A stretch of 64,000 bases of DNA, taken from IMG/VR virus record IMGVR_UViG_3300046171_000197; one strand, 5' to 3'. This stretch comes from a virus. Made by a program: the position numbers and the translations under genes. Under the pieces are notes generated by a model that made no database searches, was not told the DNA's origin, and was given only the letters and a program-made list of their open reading frames with translations. Shown here piece after piece: positions 9,149-19,156 of the stretch; positions within the stretch are counted from its first letter, which is position 1, and every line of letters starts with the position of its first letter.

Positions 9149-10835
9149 ATGGAAGAATTTCCTGTCAACAGGAGACCATTGGAGTGAAATAGATTTTCAA
9201 GGAAATACTACTAACCTAGTTGTAGGAACAAATGGTTCTGGAAAGTCCACAATGTTAGATGCATTGACGTTTAGTTTATTTAATAAACCTTTTCGTAAAG
9301 TTAATAAATCTCAACTCATCAATGCCACGAATGAAAAAGATTGTGTTGTTGAGGTAGAGTTTAATGTTAATAATAAAAATTACCTTGTAAGAAGATCTAT
9401 TAAACCAAATAAATTTGACATTGAGGTTGATGGTAATTTAATGCATAAGGAATCTGATGATAGAATAAATCAAAAGATACTAGAAGAAAATATATTAAAG
9501 GTAAATTATAAGTCATTCACTCAGATTGTCATACTTGGTAGTAGTAGCTTTGTTCCCTTTATGCAATTATCCACAAGTAATCGTAGAGATGTGATTGAGG
9601 ATCTCTTAGATATTCGTATTTTTTCTGCAATGAATACCTTAATCAAAGAAAAGATTCGTACTGAAAAGGAAAAAATAAGATCATTAGACCTAAAAAGGGA
9701 TAATATTAAAGATAAAATATGCATGCAAGAGAACTTTATTAAGGAGTTAGAAGAGCAAGGAAAGGATAATATAACAGAAAATCAAAAGAAAAGAGATAAG
9801 TTAGGTGATGAAATATGTGTTCTTATAATGAAGACTGAAGGTTTAGAAGATGATGTATATGGACTAACTGAAAAGCAAAAAGAAGTAACTGGTGCAGGAG
9901 AAAAGTTACTGAAACTTAACACATTCAAGGGTAAACTATCCAATAAAGTAGCAACTCTTACCAAAGAACATAAGTTCTTCAGTGAAAATGTAACATGCCC
10001 TACATGTACTCAAAATATAGAAGAATCGTTTCGTTTAAATAGAATTGATGACGTTCAAACTAAAGCGAAGGAACTTAAAAAAGGTTATGATGACCTTGAA
10101 AAGACCATCAAAGAAGAGCAAAACCGAGAACGTCAATTCAACCAATTATCAAAGGAGATTACTAAACTCAACAATGGCATTTCTAAAAACAATACTCAGA
10201 TTTCTGGATTCCAACGACAGATCAGAGATCTGGAATCAGAAGTTCAAAGATTTACCGAACAACTTGCAAATAGAAGTACTGAAAATGAAAAATTAGTTGA
10301 GTTTACTAAAACTCTAGAAACAACATTAGAAGAATCCTCAGAAAGAAGAGAAGAGGTTGTATATCACGACTTCGCATATTCTCTGTTAAAGGATGATGGT
10401 GTTAAGACTAAAATAATTAAAAAATATCTACCATTTATCAATCAACAAGTCAATCGTTACTTGCAGTTGATGGACTTCTATATCAATTTTACTTTGAATG
10501 AAGAGTTTGTTGAAACTGTAAGATCACCAATACATGAAGATTTTTCATATTCTTCTTTTAGTGAGGGTGAGAAGATGCGTATTGATTTAGCTTTACTATT
10601 CACTTGGAGAGAGATTGCAAGAGTTAAGAACTCTGTCAATACTAATCTTTTAATTATGGATGAGGTATTTGATAGTTCTCTTGATGGTTTTGGTACAGAT
10701 GAGTTTCTAAAAATTATTCGTTTTGTAATCAAGGATGCTAATGTATTTGTCATATCACATAAGACAGAGTTGCATGATAAGTTCAATAGTGTTATCAAGT
10801 TTGACAAAGTAAAAGGATTTAGTAGAATAGTATGA
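9126..10835 (+). CDS. gp46: Recombination ATPase gp46 (Rad50/SbcC-like)
   Basis: GTNGSGKST Walker A, CPTC zinc hook, FSEGEK signature, LIMDE Walker B. Confidence 0.96.
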   Translation: MITFQKIRWKNFLSTGDHWSEIDFQGNTTNLVVGTNGSGKSTMLDALTFSLFNKPFRKVNKSQLINATNEKDCVVEVEFNVNNKNYLVRRSIKPNKFDIEVDGNLMHKESDDRINQKILEENILKVNYKSFTQIVILGSSSFVPFMQLSTSNRRDVIEDLLDIRIFSAMNTLIKEKIRTEKEKIRSLDLKRDNIKDKICMQENFIKELEEQGKDNITENQKKRDKLGDEICVLIMKTEGLEDDVYGLTEKQKEVTGAGEKLLKLNTFKGKLSNKVATLTKEHKFFSENVTCPTCTQNIEESFRLNRIDDVQTKAKELKKGYDDLEKTIKEEQNRERQFNQLSKEITKLNNGISKNNTQISGFQRQIRDLESEVQRFTEQLANRSTENEKLVEFTKTLETTLEESSERREEVVYHDFAYSLLKDDGVKTKIIKKYLPFINQQVNRYLQLMDFYINFTLNEEFVETVRSPIHEDFSYSSFSEGEKMRIDLALLFTWREIARVKNSVNTNLLIMDEVFDSSLDGFGTDEFLKIIRFVIKDANVFVISHKTELHDKFNSVIKFDKVKGFSRIV

Positions 10836-10935
10836 GAAAGTATACTGAAAAAGAATATTGGGAAGGTTTAGTTCCCGATGAATTGTTTGAAGAATATTTA
10901 AATAAATATGGATATGAATATACTCCATCAAGGGA

Positions 10936-10991
10936 GACAGTTAAAAAAGTGTCCACTGAACCCTACCAAGAGTAGGGTTTTCTTGTATACT
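10936..10991 (+). promoter_or_regulatory. Cyanophage early-type promoter, copy 1
   Basis: GACAGTTAAAAAAGTGTCCAC, then hairpin aaccctac/gtagggtt, then TATACT 29 nt after the motif. Confidence 0.75.
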
Positions 10992-11015
10992 GGATATATC
11001 AGATAAGAAACCACC

Positions 11016-13212
11016 ATGCAAATCAAACACGAAGTTAAAGGACAACTTGCTAGATTACTTGCTACAGAAGACTTAATAGTAGAGCATAGATCAGTTGATA
11101 CTGCATCATTCAATGTAGGCACAAGAGTATTGACTCTTCCTACTTGGGACAATGCAGGAGAAGAAGTTTATGACACATTAGTTTGTCACGAAGTTGGACA
11201 TGCACTCTACACACCTGATGATGAGTGGTGGTTATATAATGAGATATCTGCTTCAATCGTAAACATTGTAGAAGATGCACGTATTGAGAAGTTAATGAAG
11301 AGAAGATATGGTGGTTTATCTAAGACTTTCTTCAGAGGTTACTCTAGTCTCTCAGAAGACGACTTCTTTAAATTAGAGGGCAAAGACCTTACTAAGTTTA
11401 ATCTTGCTGACAGAATCAATCTATACTACAAGGTTGGTAATTTTACTGATATTCCTTTCTTTAGTAATGAAGAAACATTTCTAATGAATCGCACTGGATT
11501 AACTGAGACATTTGATGATGTATTAGAAGTTGCTAAGTTAATCTTTGAATACTGTAAGACTCAAGCAGAAAAGCAAAAAGCAGAAGAAGCAAATATGCAA
11601 GCAGATGAAGAGTCTGAGGGTTCACTTGAAAACAATTCAATGTCAGGTCAATCTAATGAAGAACCATCTATGGAAGAGGATGGTCAAGATGGTGAAGAGC
11701 AAGAAATGGAAGTCACACAATCTGGTGGATCTAGCACTGCGAGTGGTATTCAAGGTGGAGAAGAGTGTGGAGAGATTGAAGCAGAGACAGATGAAACATT
11801 TACAGATTCTCTTAGAGAATTATCTAATACAACTTCTAATGAAACTCATTATGTCGAATTACCAGAGGTTAATCTAAAGCAATTCATTATCGATAATCAA
11901 AAGATTCATACTGATATGGTTACTGAATGGGAAGGAGAAGAAAAAAAATGGAAAGAAGAATATTTAGAGAGACTTGCAAAGAATCCTAACATTGCAAAAT
12001 TCTATGAAGATTATCGTGGACATAAATTCAATCCATTGAATATTTTTGAAATGGTTGATACAGAGTTTGCACAATTTAAAAAAGACGCACAAAAGGAGGT
12101 AAACTATCTTGTCAAAGAATTCGAGTGTAAAAAATCTGCTGCAGCATACGCCCGTGCTACTACTAGTCGGACTGGTATTCTCAATACAACTCTATTACAC
12201 ACTTACAAATTTAATGAAGACCTATTCAAAAAGGTCTCAGTAATACCTGATGGTAAGAATCATGGATTAATATTTTTACTTGATTGGTCAGGTTCAATGC
12301 AAAATGTGTTGATGGACACTATAAAGCAATTATTCAATCTTGTATGGTTCTGTAAAAAAGTAAACATACCATTTGAGGTTTATGCATTTACAAATACTTA
12401 TCCAACTCCAAATCGTGAGAGTAGAACAAAAGAATCTTACCTTACATATGGATTCAAGTTTTTCTTTGATGAATTTACTTACAAGTAAAATCAGAACAAA
12501 AGATATGAATACTCAAATGAGAAATATCTTTAGATTGGCAAAATATTTTGATAGTCGTGGTGGATACTACAATTGCCCAGTTGGTATGAATCTATCAGGA
12601 ACACCTTTGAATGAAGCAATGATTTGTTTACATCAAATACTTCCTCAGTTTCAGAAAGAGAATGGTCTTGAGAAAGTTCAATGTGTTGTACTAACTGATG
12701 GAGAATCTCAACCAATTCGTTTCAATCGTGAATTACAAAGAGATTGGGAGTCAAGACCATATATGGGCACATCATATTTAAGTGGTAATTGCTTTCTTCG
12801 TAATCGTAAGACAGGTCATGTATATGCTTGCAAAGAAGATATGGGTTACTATGGTGACGTTACTGGTATGTTACTTGAAGATCTATGTCAGTCTTTTCCT
12901 GATACAAACTTCATAGGCATTCGTATTATGCCAAGCAGTTGGGGTAGTTCCTTTATTCGTAAATATGAAACTGATGAGGTTAAGTATAAAAAAGATTTAG
13001 AACACTGGAGAAAGCACAAGTCAGTATCACTCAAAGGTTCTGGATATCATGTATACTTTGGATTGTCATCAACTGCACTTGGTAATGACACTGAGTTTGA
13101 AGTACAGGAAGACGCTACAAAGGCACAGATTAAGAGAGCATTCAATAAGAGTCTTAAAGGTAAAAAGATGAACAAGAAGATTCTTGGAGAGTTTATAGAG
13201 TTGGTTGCGTGA
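11016..13212 (+). CDS. cobT: CobT-like protein: HExxH metallopeptidase domain + acidic linker + vWA domain (frameshift near 12420 splits it)
   Basis: HEVGH and NIVEDARIE; DWSGSM MIDAS motif; SGTPL and LTDGE in the downstream frame. Confidence 0.82.
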
Positions 13213-13266
13213 CAATTAACAAAGTGTCCACTAGGGGGTTACAACCCCCTTTTTTAATGTTATTAT
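13211..13266 (+). promoter_or_regulatory. Cyanophage early-type promoter, copy 2 (its hairpin may also terminate the upstream gene)
   Basis: GACAATTAACAAAGTGTCCAC, hairpin agggggtt/aaccccct + T run, TATTAT 29 nt after the motif. Confidence 0.75.
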
Positions 13267-13291
13267 TAGTATATAAATAAATCACCACATC

Positions 13292-14401
13292 ATGACTCAC
13301 GTACCATTCACAATCAAAATGACTACCGAAGAAATCGTTTCAAAATTGAAAGCATCCTTCGGAACAGAATTTACAGCAACTGATATCAAAGCATTCTGTG
13401 CTATGAATGATATTGGATATGCAACAGTAACTAAAAGATTAAAGAACTTTAAAACAGCAAAAGGCAAGTGGAACCTTGAAGTTACAACAGCAGCAGTTGA
13501 AAATATTGAAAACTCTTTCAATTCACCTGCTGTTCTTCCACAAGTAGAACAAAACTTAGTTCCTGAGAAAGACTCTACATTTGTTAAGTTTGGAAACTTC
13601 ACAGATATTAAAAAGATTATATCTTCTAAGTTATTTTATCCTACTTTTGTTACTGGTCTATCAGGTAACGGTAAGACATTTGGTATTGAGCAAGTGTGTT
13701 CTCAATTAGGAAGGGAGTTAATCCGTGTCAACATCACCATCGAAACAGACGAAGACGATCTTATTGGTGGGTTTCGTCTTGTTAATGGTAATACTGTTTG
13801 GCACAACGGACCTGTGGTTGAAGCTTTGGAAAGGGGAGCTATCCTACTTTTAGATGAAATTGACCTAGCATCTAACAAGATACTTTGTCTACAACCAGTT
13901 CTTGAAGGTAAAGGATTATTTCTTAAAAAGATTGGTAGGTTTGTTCAACCAAAAGCAGGTTTCAATATCGTTGCTACAGCAAACACAAAGGGTAAAGGTT
14001 CTGACGATGGACGTTTTATTGGCACTAACGTATTGAATGAAGCATTCTTAGAAAGATTCCCTGTAACCTTTGAGCAAGCATATCCTGCACCTGCACATGA
14101 GATAAAGATACTCAACAACGTTGCAACAACACTTAATGTTAATGATACTGAGTTCTGTAAGAGACTTGTAGATTGGGCAGACATTATTCGTAAGACATTC
14201 TATGATGGTGGTATTGAAGAGATCATCAGTACTCGTAGACTTGTTCACATACTTCGTGCATATGCTATCTTTAAGAGCAAAGAGAATGCAATCAAGGTTT
14301 GTATCAACAGATTTGATGATGAAACCAAGCAATCATTCTTAGAGTTATATGATAAAGTAGATGCAGACTTTGAGATTACAAAAGATGAAACACAGAATTG
14401 A
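13292..14401 (+). CDS. cobS: CobS-like MoxR-type AAA+ ATPase
   Basis: GLSGNGKT, LLLDEID, TANTKGKGSDDGRF, LNEAFLERF, STRRL. Confidence 0.92.
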   Translation: MTHVPFTIKMTTEEIVSKLKASFGTEFTATDIKAFCAMNDIGYATVTKRLKNFKTAKGKWNLEVTTAAVENIENSFNSPAVLPQVEQNLVPEKDSTFVKFGNFTDIKKIISSKLFYPTFVTGLSGNGKTFGIEQVCSQLGRELIRVNITIETDEDDLIGGFRLVNGNTVWHNGPVVEALERGAILLLDEIDLASNKILCLQPVLEGKGLFLKKIGRFVQPKAGFNIVATANTKGKGSDDGRFIGTNVLNEAFLERFPVTFEQAYPAPAHEIKILNNVATTLNVNDTEFCKRLVDWADIIRKTFYDGGIEEIISTRRLVHILRAYAIFKSKENAIKVCINRFDDETKQSFLELYDKVDADFEITKDETQN

Positions 14402-14561
14402 TCCCAACACCTATATGCGTTCTAACTGGAACAACCCTGCTCCAGTTAAGTACCGCAGGGGTAATCTAGAAAACCGAATCAGTATGACAGTACTATGGGT
14501 TTATCTAATCATATACACAGCCATGTTTACTCGTGGTCTTATATTATTTTTAAATAGATGA
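14385..14561 (+). CDS. Small membrane hypothetical protein
   Basis: C-terminal hydrophobic segment; overlaps neighbours. Confidence 0.55.
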   Translation: MKHRIDPNTYMRSNWNNPAPVKYRRGNLENRISMTVLWVYLIIYTAMFTRGLILFLNR

Positions 14562-15181
14562 AACAATTATGGGATAATTATAGAAGCACTTTATTTTCTA
14601 TATTCCCTGATCTTGAATATAGAGAAACTTGGGCAAGGTGGGAATCTAAAGGAACTTCCCTCATTGCCAAGACCTACTCAACTGATTATTTTATCAAAGC
14701 AAGAGAGGTTGATATATGGAGTGATAAATCTTCCATTTACAACAATATCATCTATCCAAAGACAGGGAGTAATCTTCCTTGTTTTGGTATGGACTTGATG
14801 GGATTCTTTGAAAAGAAAATAATTATTGTTTTTGATTTTCAACATCCAAAAGAAAAATATCCTTTCTCAGTTGAGGGTTTACCAAAGAGTGAAGGAGACT
14901 ATCGTTTCTTTGAACCTGGTAATCATTTCTCTGATAATATCTACATTGCAAAATGCACTGCTGATGAAGTTGATGAACACCTAGAAATGTTTACAACCTA
15001 CTTGACAAAGTATAAGGAGATGGTAGAATTAAAGAAACCTACTGGAATCGAAACCAGTGAATACAAAGATTTTGATGCATATATGACTAAACTTGACCCA
15101 GTAGCAGGTTATCTGTCTGGTAAGTTTGGAAAAGAAAAAGCAGAGAGTCTGGTAAACGATTTTCTTTTTACCTATGGATAA
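14558..15181 (+). CDS. pebS: Phycoerythrobilin synthase (ferredoxin-dependent bilin reductase)
   Basis: YPKTGSNLPCFGMDLM, VFDFQHP, YRFFEPGNHFS, FDAYMTKLDPV, VNDFLF match recalled cyanophage PebS. Confidence 0.92.
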   Translation: MKQLWDNYRSTLFSIFPDLEYRETWARWESKGTSLIAKTYSTDYFIKAREVDIWSDKSSIYNNIIYPKTGSNLPCFGMDLMGFFEKKIIIVFDFQHPKEKYPFSVEGLPKSEGDYRFFEPGNHFSDNIYIAKCTADEVDEHLEMFTTYLTKYKEMVELKKPTGIETSEYKDFDAYMTKLDPVAGYLSGKFGKEKAESLVNDFLFTYG

Positions 15182-15770
15182 ACCCGAAATAGAGCATTCA
15201 AAATATTGGTATGATTACACTCGTAATGATCCTGATAGAGAAAATCCATTTACTGATGCCTTTGACCATATGATGGGAGAAATGGTAGTAGGTGGTGGTA
15301 ACACTGCCTTTGAAGATGATGGACTCGATTATGAAGTCGATTATATGAGTTCTTCTGCTGATTACATGGCAGATGTAGATGATCAGTATTCACATTATTT
15401 CACAGAATATCAAATAGCAGACAGAATGGATTACAAACCACAACATGCACATTACTATAAGTATCATGAAGAAGAAATTCTAAAAGATATTGAAGAATAT
15501 GTCTCTGGAACATATCAAGGACATTACACAGGTAACTCACATGAGTTCCGTAAAGTTCAGACGATTGACTTGATGGCATCTAAAGATTTAGCATCAGGTT
15601 TTTGTCAAGCAAACATACTTAAGTATGGAAGTCGATATGGAAATAAAGATGGTCGTAATAAAAAAGACTTGCTAAAAGTCATACATTATGCTATGCTATT
15701 ATTACACTTTGATGAGCACTACAGTAAACCCCCTATGACAACAGGGAATATTGACATTAACATGCCTTAA
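15174..15770 (+). CDS. DUF3310-like conserved phage protein
   Basis: FCQANILKYGSRYGNKDG...DLLKVIHY motif. Confidence 0.7.
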   Translation: MDKPEIEHSKYWYDYTRNDPDRENPFTDAFDHMMGEMVVGGGNTAFEDDGLDYEVDYMSSSADYMADVDDQYSHYFTEYQIADRMDYKPQHAHYYKYHEEEILKDIEEYVSGTYQGHYTGNSHEFRKVQTIDLMASKDLASGFCQANILKYGSRYGNKDGRNKKDLLKVIHYAMLLLHFDEHYSKPPMTTGNIDINMP

Positions 15771-15775
15771 ACATA

Positions 15776-16462
15776 ATGAATTTAAAAGAAAGAACTATGA
15801 AATTATCTGACAACACTTTGAATGTACTCAAAAATTTTGCGGGTATCAACAATTCAATCCTTGTCAAAGAAGGTAATAAATTAAGAACAATATCTGTTGC
15901 CAAGAATATTCTTGCAGAAGCAAATATTACAGAAGAGTTTCCTCGTGATGTAGCAATCTATGATCTTAATCAATTTCTAAATGGACTTGGGTTGCATTCA
16001 GATCCTGATTTAGATTTTAGTCCTGAGTCATACATTGCAATTAAAGAAGGAACAAGAAGAGTTAAATATTTTTATGCAGATCCACAAGTAATTACTGCTC
16101 CTCCTGAGAAAGAAATTAATCTTCCTACAGAAGATGTTTGTTTCCAATTAGAAAGCACATCATTAGATAAGTTACTTAAAGCAGCAGCAGTATATCAATT
16201 ACCAGATTTATCTGCTATTGGTGAAGCAGGTGTTGTTAAACTTGTTGTTCGTGATAAGAGAAATGATACATCAAATGAATATGCAGTTGTAGTTGGTGAA
16301 ACTGATAAAGAGTTTGTATTCAATTTTAGAGTAGAGAATATTAAGATTATACCTGGCGCATATGACGTTGTAGTATCAAGTAAATTACTTTCTAAGTTTT
16401 CCAATACTCGTTATGATCTAAAATACTACATAGCATTAGAACCTGATTCAACATTCGGTTAA
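15776..16462 (+). CDS. gp45: Sliding clamp gp45
   Basis: MKLSDNTLNVLKNFAGINNSI, IYDLNQFL, YYIALE. Confidence 0.95.
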   Translation: MNLKERTMKLSDNTLNVLKNFAGINNSILVKEGNKLRTISVAKNILAEANITEEFPRDVAIYDLNQFLNGLGLHSDPDLDFSPESYIAIKEGTRRVKYFYADPQVITAPPEKEINLPTEDVCFQLESTSLDKLLKAAAVYQLPDLSAIGEAGVVKLVVRDKRNDTSNEYAVVVGETDKEFVFNFRVENIKIIPGAYDVVVSSKLLSKFSNTRYDLKYYIALEPDSTFG

Positions 16463-16659
16463 TGCAAAAGGAAGTATTTTTTACTGCAGAAGAGATGCAA
16501 ATCATTAGGGTTTGTTTAAGAAATGCACCTACTCCTTATGATGTGGGGAAAGGTGCAAAAGCATTAAAGATACTTCAAGAAAAGGTAGGTAAACCAATAC
16601 CTTCAAAGGGAGAACCTTTACCTTTAGTTGAATGTGATTTAACCAAGTACGATAAATGA
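16462..16659 (+). CDS. Hypothetical protein
   Basis: ORF coupled to gp45 stop (TAATG). Confidence 0.6.
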   Translation: MQKEVFFTAEEMQIIRVCLRNAPTPYDVGKGAKALKILQEKVGKPIPSKGEPLPLVECDLTKYDK

Positions 16660-16739
16660 ATAACATAGGATTAGAAGTTGTCTTTTGGACAGCATTATCA
16701 ATTTATCTTTTAGCAAAGTTGGGAGTATTCAAAAAGTGA
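16656..16739 (+). CDS. 27-aa single-TM peptide
   Basis: MNNIGLEVVFWTALSIYLLAKLGVFKK; ATGA/GTGA overlaps on both sides. Confidence 0.55.
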   Translation: MNNIGLEVVFWTALSIYLLAKLGVFKK

Positions 16740-16909
16740 AGTATCACTTATATGACGATCAAGAAAGACATCAAGGAACTTTTGAATCAATAGAAAAGTT
16801 AAGAAACTTTTTATGTGATCGAAAGTATGATACTAATTGTGATAAGGATATAGGTAGCACATTTGATTATATAAAACATATAAAATGGTTTTTTGAAATA
16901 GAAGAATGA
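16736..16909 (+). CDS. Hypothetical protein
   Basis: GTG start overlapping previous stop; MKYHLYDDQERHQGTF... Confidence 0.55.
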   Translation: MKYHLYDDQERHQGTFESIEKLRNFLCDRKYDTNCDKDIGSTFDYIKHIKWFFEIEE

Positions 16910-17190
16910 AACTCACACAAGAACTTATTGACCAGATACAAGAAGCTATGCTTCATACTAACTTGAAAGGTGAAATAAACTGGAAAGATGGTGATGACAT
17001 AGAGGTGCAGATTGCAGGAACTTTTGCAAAGGACAAATTTATTGTATTGGCAAATACATCCAAGAAACCTTTTGAAAATGCACAACCTCATCCTTACTTT
17101 GATTATGAGAAGAAGGTCTTTACTAAAGATGGTAGAGAAGAATATGCAAAAGAACAAAAAGAAATTATAAAGAATATTGATAAAAAATAA
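16906..17190 (+). CDS. Hypothetical protein
   Basis: 94-aa ORF with ATGA coupling. Confidence 0.6.
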   Translation: MKLTQELIDQIQEAMLHTNLKGEINWKDGDDIEVQIAGTFAKDKFIVLANTSKKPFENAQPHPYFDYEKKVFTKDGREEYAKEQKEIIKNIDKK

Positions 17191-17224
17191 AATTGTGTTA
17201 TAATAAAAGTAAGATATTTTTATT

Positions 17225-17761
17225 ATGAACATTTTTGTGACAGATCCTGACCCTGTTAAGTCGGCAGAAGTTTTGCCTGATAAACATGTGGTCAAGATGC
17301 CATTAGAAACTTGTCAAATGTTGGCGGTAGTTTATTCTAAGTGGTATTACAACTGGGGTAATGACTTATTACCTAAGAAAGATGGAACTCCATACAACAC
17401 AGAGAAGGGTGCCTTTCGGGGACACCCTTGTACTATTTGGGCGGCAGAAAGTATTGCCAATACTGCTTGGTTAATTCAACATGGTTTTGGATTACTTGAA
17501 GAGTATACCCATAGATATGGAAAGATACATTCTTGTCAGACTGCTATGAATGCAGCAGAGAAAGTGTTTGAAGAAAAGACAGGAAGAACATTACTATGCC
17601 ACAAAGAAGCAACACCATTCGCATTTGCAGGACCAGATGTATTTAAATATGACACAAGCCTTGACACTATTACTGCTTACAAAAATTACATTAGCAGCAA
17701 ACCTTGGGCTGCATCTAATTATCTTCGTGACCCATCCAAAAAACCAAATTGGTTATCCTAA
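17225..17761 (+). CDS. Pyrimidine-dimer DNA glycosylase / DenV-like family protein
   Basis: MNIF...DKHVVKMPLETCQML and HPCTIW motifs; own promoter TTGATA(17177)-16-TATAAT(17199). Confidence 0.75.
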   Translation: MNIFVTDPDPVKSAEVLPDKHVVKMPLETCQMLAVVYSKWYYNWGNDLLPKKDGTPYNTEKGAFRGHPCTIWAAESIANTAWLIQHGFGLLEEYTHRYGKIHSCQTAMNAAEKVFEEKTGRTLLCHKEATPFAFAGPDVFKYDTSLDTITAYKNYISSKPWAASNYLRDPSKKPNWLS

Positions 17762-17764
17762 ATT

Positions 17765-17932
17765 ATGAACACACCAGCAGATCGCATCGCAGATGCACTT
17801 GAAAGAATTGCAACCATTTTAGAAACTGGAGCACACATTAATATTGATCATGGTCATATTGAACACATTGACCATGTTGATCATGCTACCATAGACAATG
17901 GTGATATAAACACTCATCCAAAAAGTTATTAG
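17765..17932 (+). CDS. 55-aa His-rich hypothetical protein
   Basis: MNTPADRIADALERIATILETGAHINIDHGHIEHIDHVDHATIDNGDINTHPKSY; fills the gap, stop overlaps speD start. Confidence 0.65.
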   Translation: MNTPADRIADALERIATILETGAHINIDHGHIEHIDHVDHATIDNGDINTHPKSY

Positions 17933-18261
17933 TGAAGCATATTCTATTTAAATTAGAAGGTTGTCCATTCTCTACTTTGAATGATGAAGAGCATATAAAA
18001 TTCTGTTTGTTTCATGCAGCAGAAGCATCACATTCAAAAGTTCTTAAGATAGAAACTCAAAAGTTTTTACCACAGGGTGTGACTGGATTTGCCTTACTAG
18101 CAGAGAGTCATTTAAGTATTCATACATGGCCAGAAAAAGGTGTTGCAATGTGTGACATTTTTACTTGTGGTGAACAATGTCAACCAGAAAGTGCAGTAGA
18201 ATATTTAAGTAAATGGTTATCATCTACAAACACTAAATCTAAATGTTATGAAAGAATTTGA
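17932..18261 (+). CDS. speD: S-adenosylmethionine decarboxylase proenzyme
   Basis: GVTGFALLAESHLSIHTWPE and DIFTCG. Confidence 0.93.
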   Translation: MKHILFKLEGCPFSTLNDEEHIKFCLFHAAEASHSKVLKIETQKFLPQGVTGFALLAESHLSIHTWPEKGVAMCDIFTCGEQCQPESAVEYLSKWLSSTNTKSKCYERI

Positions 18262-18709
18262 TTATGAACTCGATTACAAAAACATTGACTTTAAAGATGA
18301 GAGAAATCGCAAACTTTATCGTATTGGAAGGGGAGAGCAAGGAGTTCTATTGGTTCGCCCTTATACTAACACTATTTGTGATCATTGGAGATTCAAAACT
18401 CCTGATGAAGCAGTAAAATCTTCTAATAAAATATTTGCAATGTATCTTGATTATCGTGATGAAAAAGATTTTATCGGTATGGATATGTGTCGTAAGTTCT
18501 TAGAGATGGGATTTACAAGAGCAAGAAGATATGCAAATCACAACTCAGGTAAAAAGTATGATAATGAGGGTAATATAAAACCTCAAGAACCAGATCATGC
18601 TACAAGTAAATATGCAAAGTCAGCAACTATATTCAAAGGAGTTCGTGACATAGTTGCAAAAAACGAAACATATGTTAAAATGAGAAAACAATGGAGATCA
18701 GAGGAATGA
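18248..18709 (+). CDS. DUF4385-family protein
   Basis: YRIGRGEQGVL and GMDMCRKFLEMGFTRARRYANH. Confidence 0.8.
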   Translation: MKEFDYELDYKNIDFKDERNRKLYRIGRGEQGVLLVRPYTNTICDHWRFKTPDEAVKSSNKIFAMYLDYRDEKDFIGMDMCRKFLEMGFTRARRYANHNSGKKYDNEGNIKPQEPDHATSKYAKSATIFKGVRDIVAKNETYVKMRKQWRSEE

Positions 18710-18936
18710 TTTTTTTAGCGTGTCCACCAGTGTATACATTACCTGGTACTTGGAATGATCCAGACAAAATTGCTAAGTGTACTGAAACACTAATACCACA
18801 TTTTACATTCAATCCTGATTATACTTTTGGTATTTCAATTGCAGTAATTACTATTCTATTAGCAGGGTATGGAGTCTATAGAGGATTCTTTGCTAATACT
18901 AATTTAACTGATCCTTGGGATGATCATGATGACTAA
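18706..18936 (+). CDS. psbN: PsbN-like photosystem II assembly protein with N-terminal extension
   Basis: TM segment GISIAVITILLAGYGVY followed by LTDPWDDHDD (PsbN C-terminal L-x-DPFEEH-x-D pattern). Confidence 0.72.
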   Translation: MIFLACPPVYTLPGTWNDPDKIAKCTETLIPHFTFNPDYTFGISIAVITILLAGYGVYRGFFANTNLTDPWDDHDD

Positions 18937-19156
18937 ATTAATTGCAAAGAACGATCCACAATTCTTTGAACAGACAAGTAATAAACCTTATGATCGTCAC
19001 CACTATAAGATAGTTTGCAATACTAAATCTTTTGTGGTAGAATCATGGCAGGAAGTTCAAGAATATTGGTGGAACAATTGTCGTTCACCATTGATTCAAG
19101 GAACTGTTATTGAGATAATTGACAAACCCAAACCTAAATCCAAAGGATTTAATTAA
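18920..19156 (+). CDS. Hypothetical protein
   Basis: KPYDRHHYK...WWN...KSKGF; coupled to gp44 start. Confidence 0.6.
   Translation: MIMMTKLIAKNDPQFFEQTSNKPYDRHHYKIVCNTKSFVVESWQEVQEYWWNNCRSPLIQGTVIEIIDKPKPKSKGFN

Noticed and set aside
10832-10975. 47-aa ORF after gp46
   Set aside because: Possible but unsupported; its 3' part runs through the early-promoter motif and it has no recognisable features
12373-12488. Two separate genes for the CobT-like protein
   Set aside because: The vWA motifs are divided between the frames, so it is one gene with an indel
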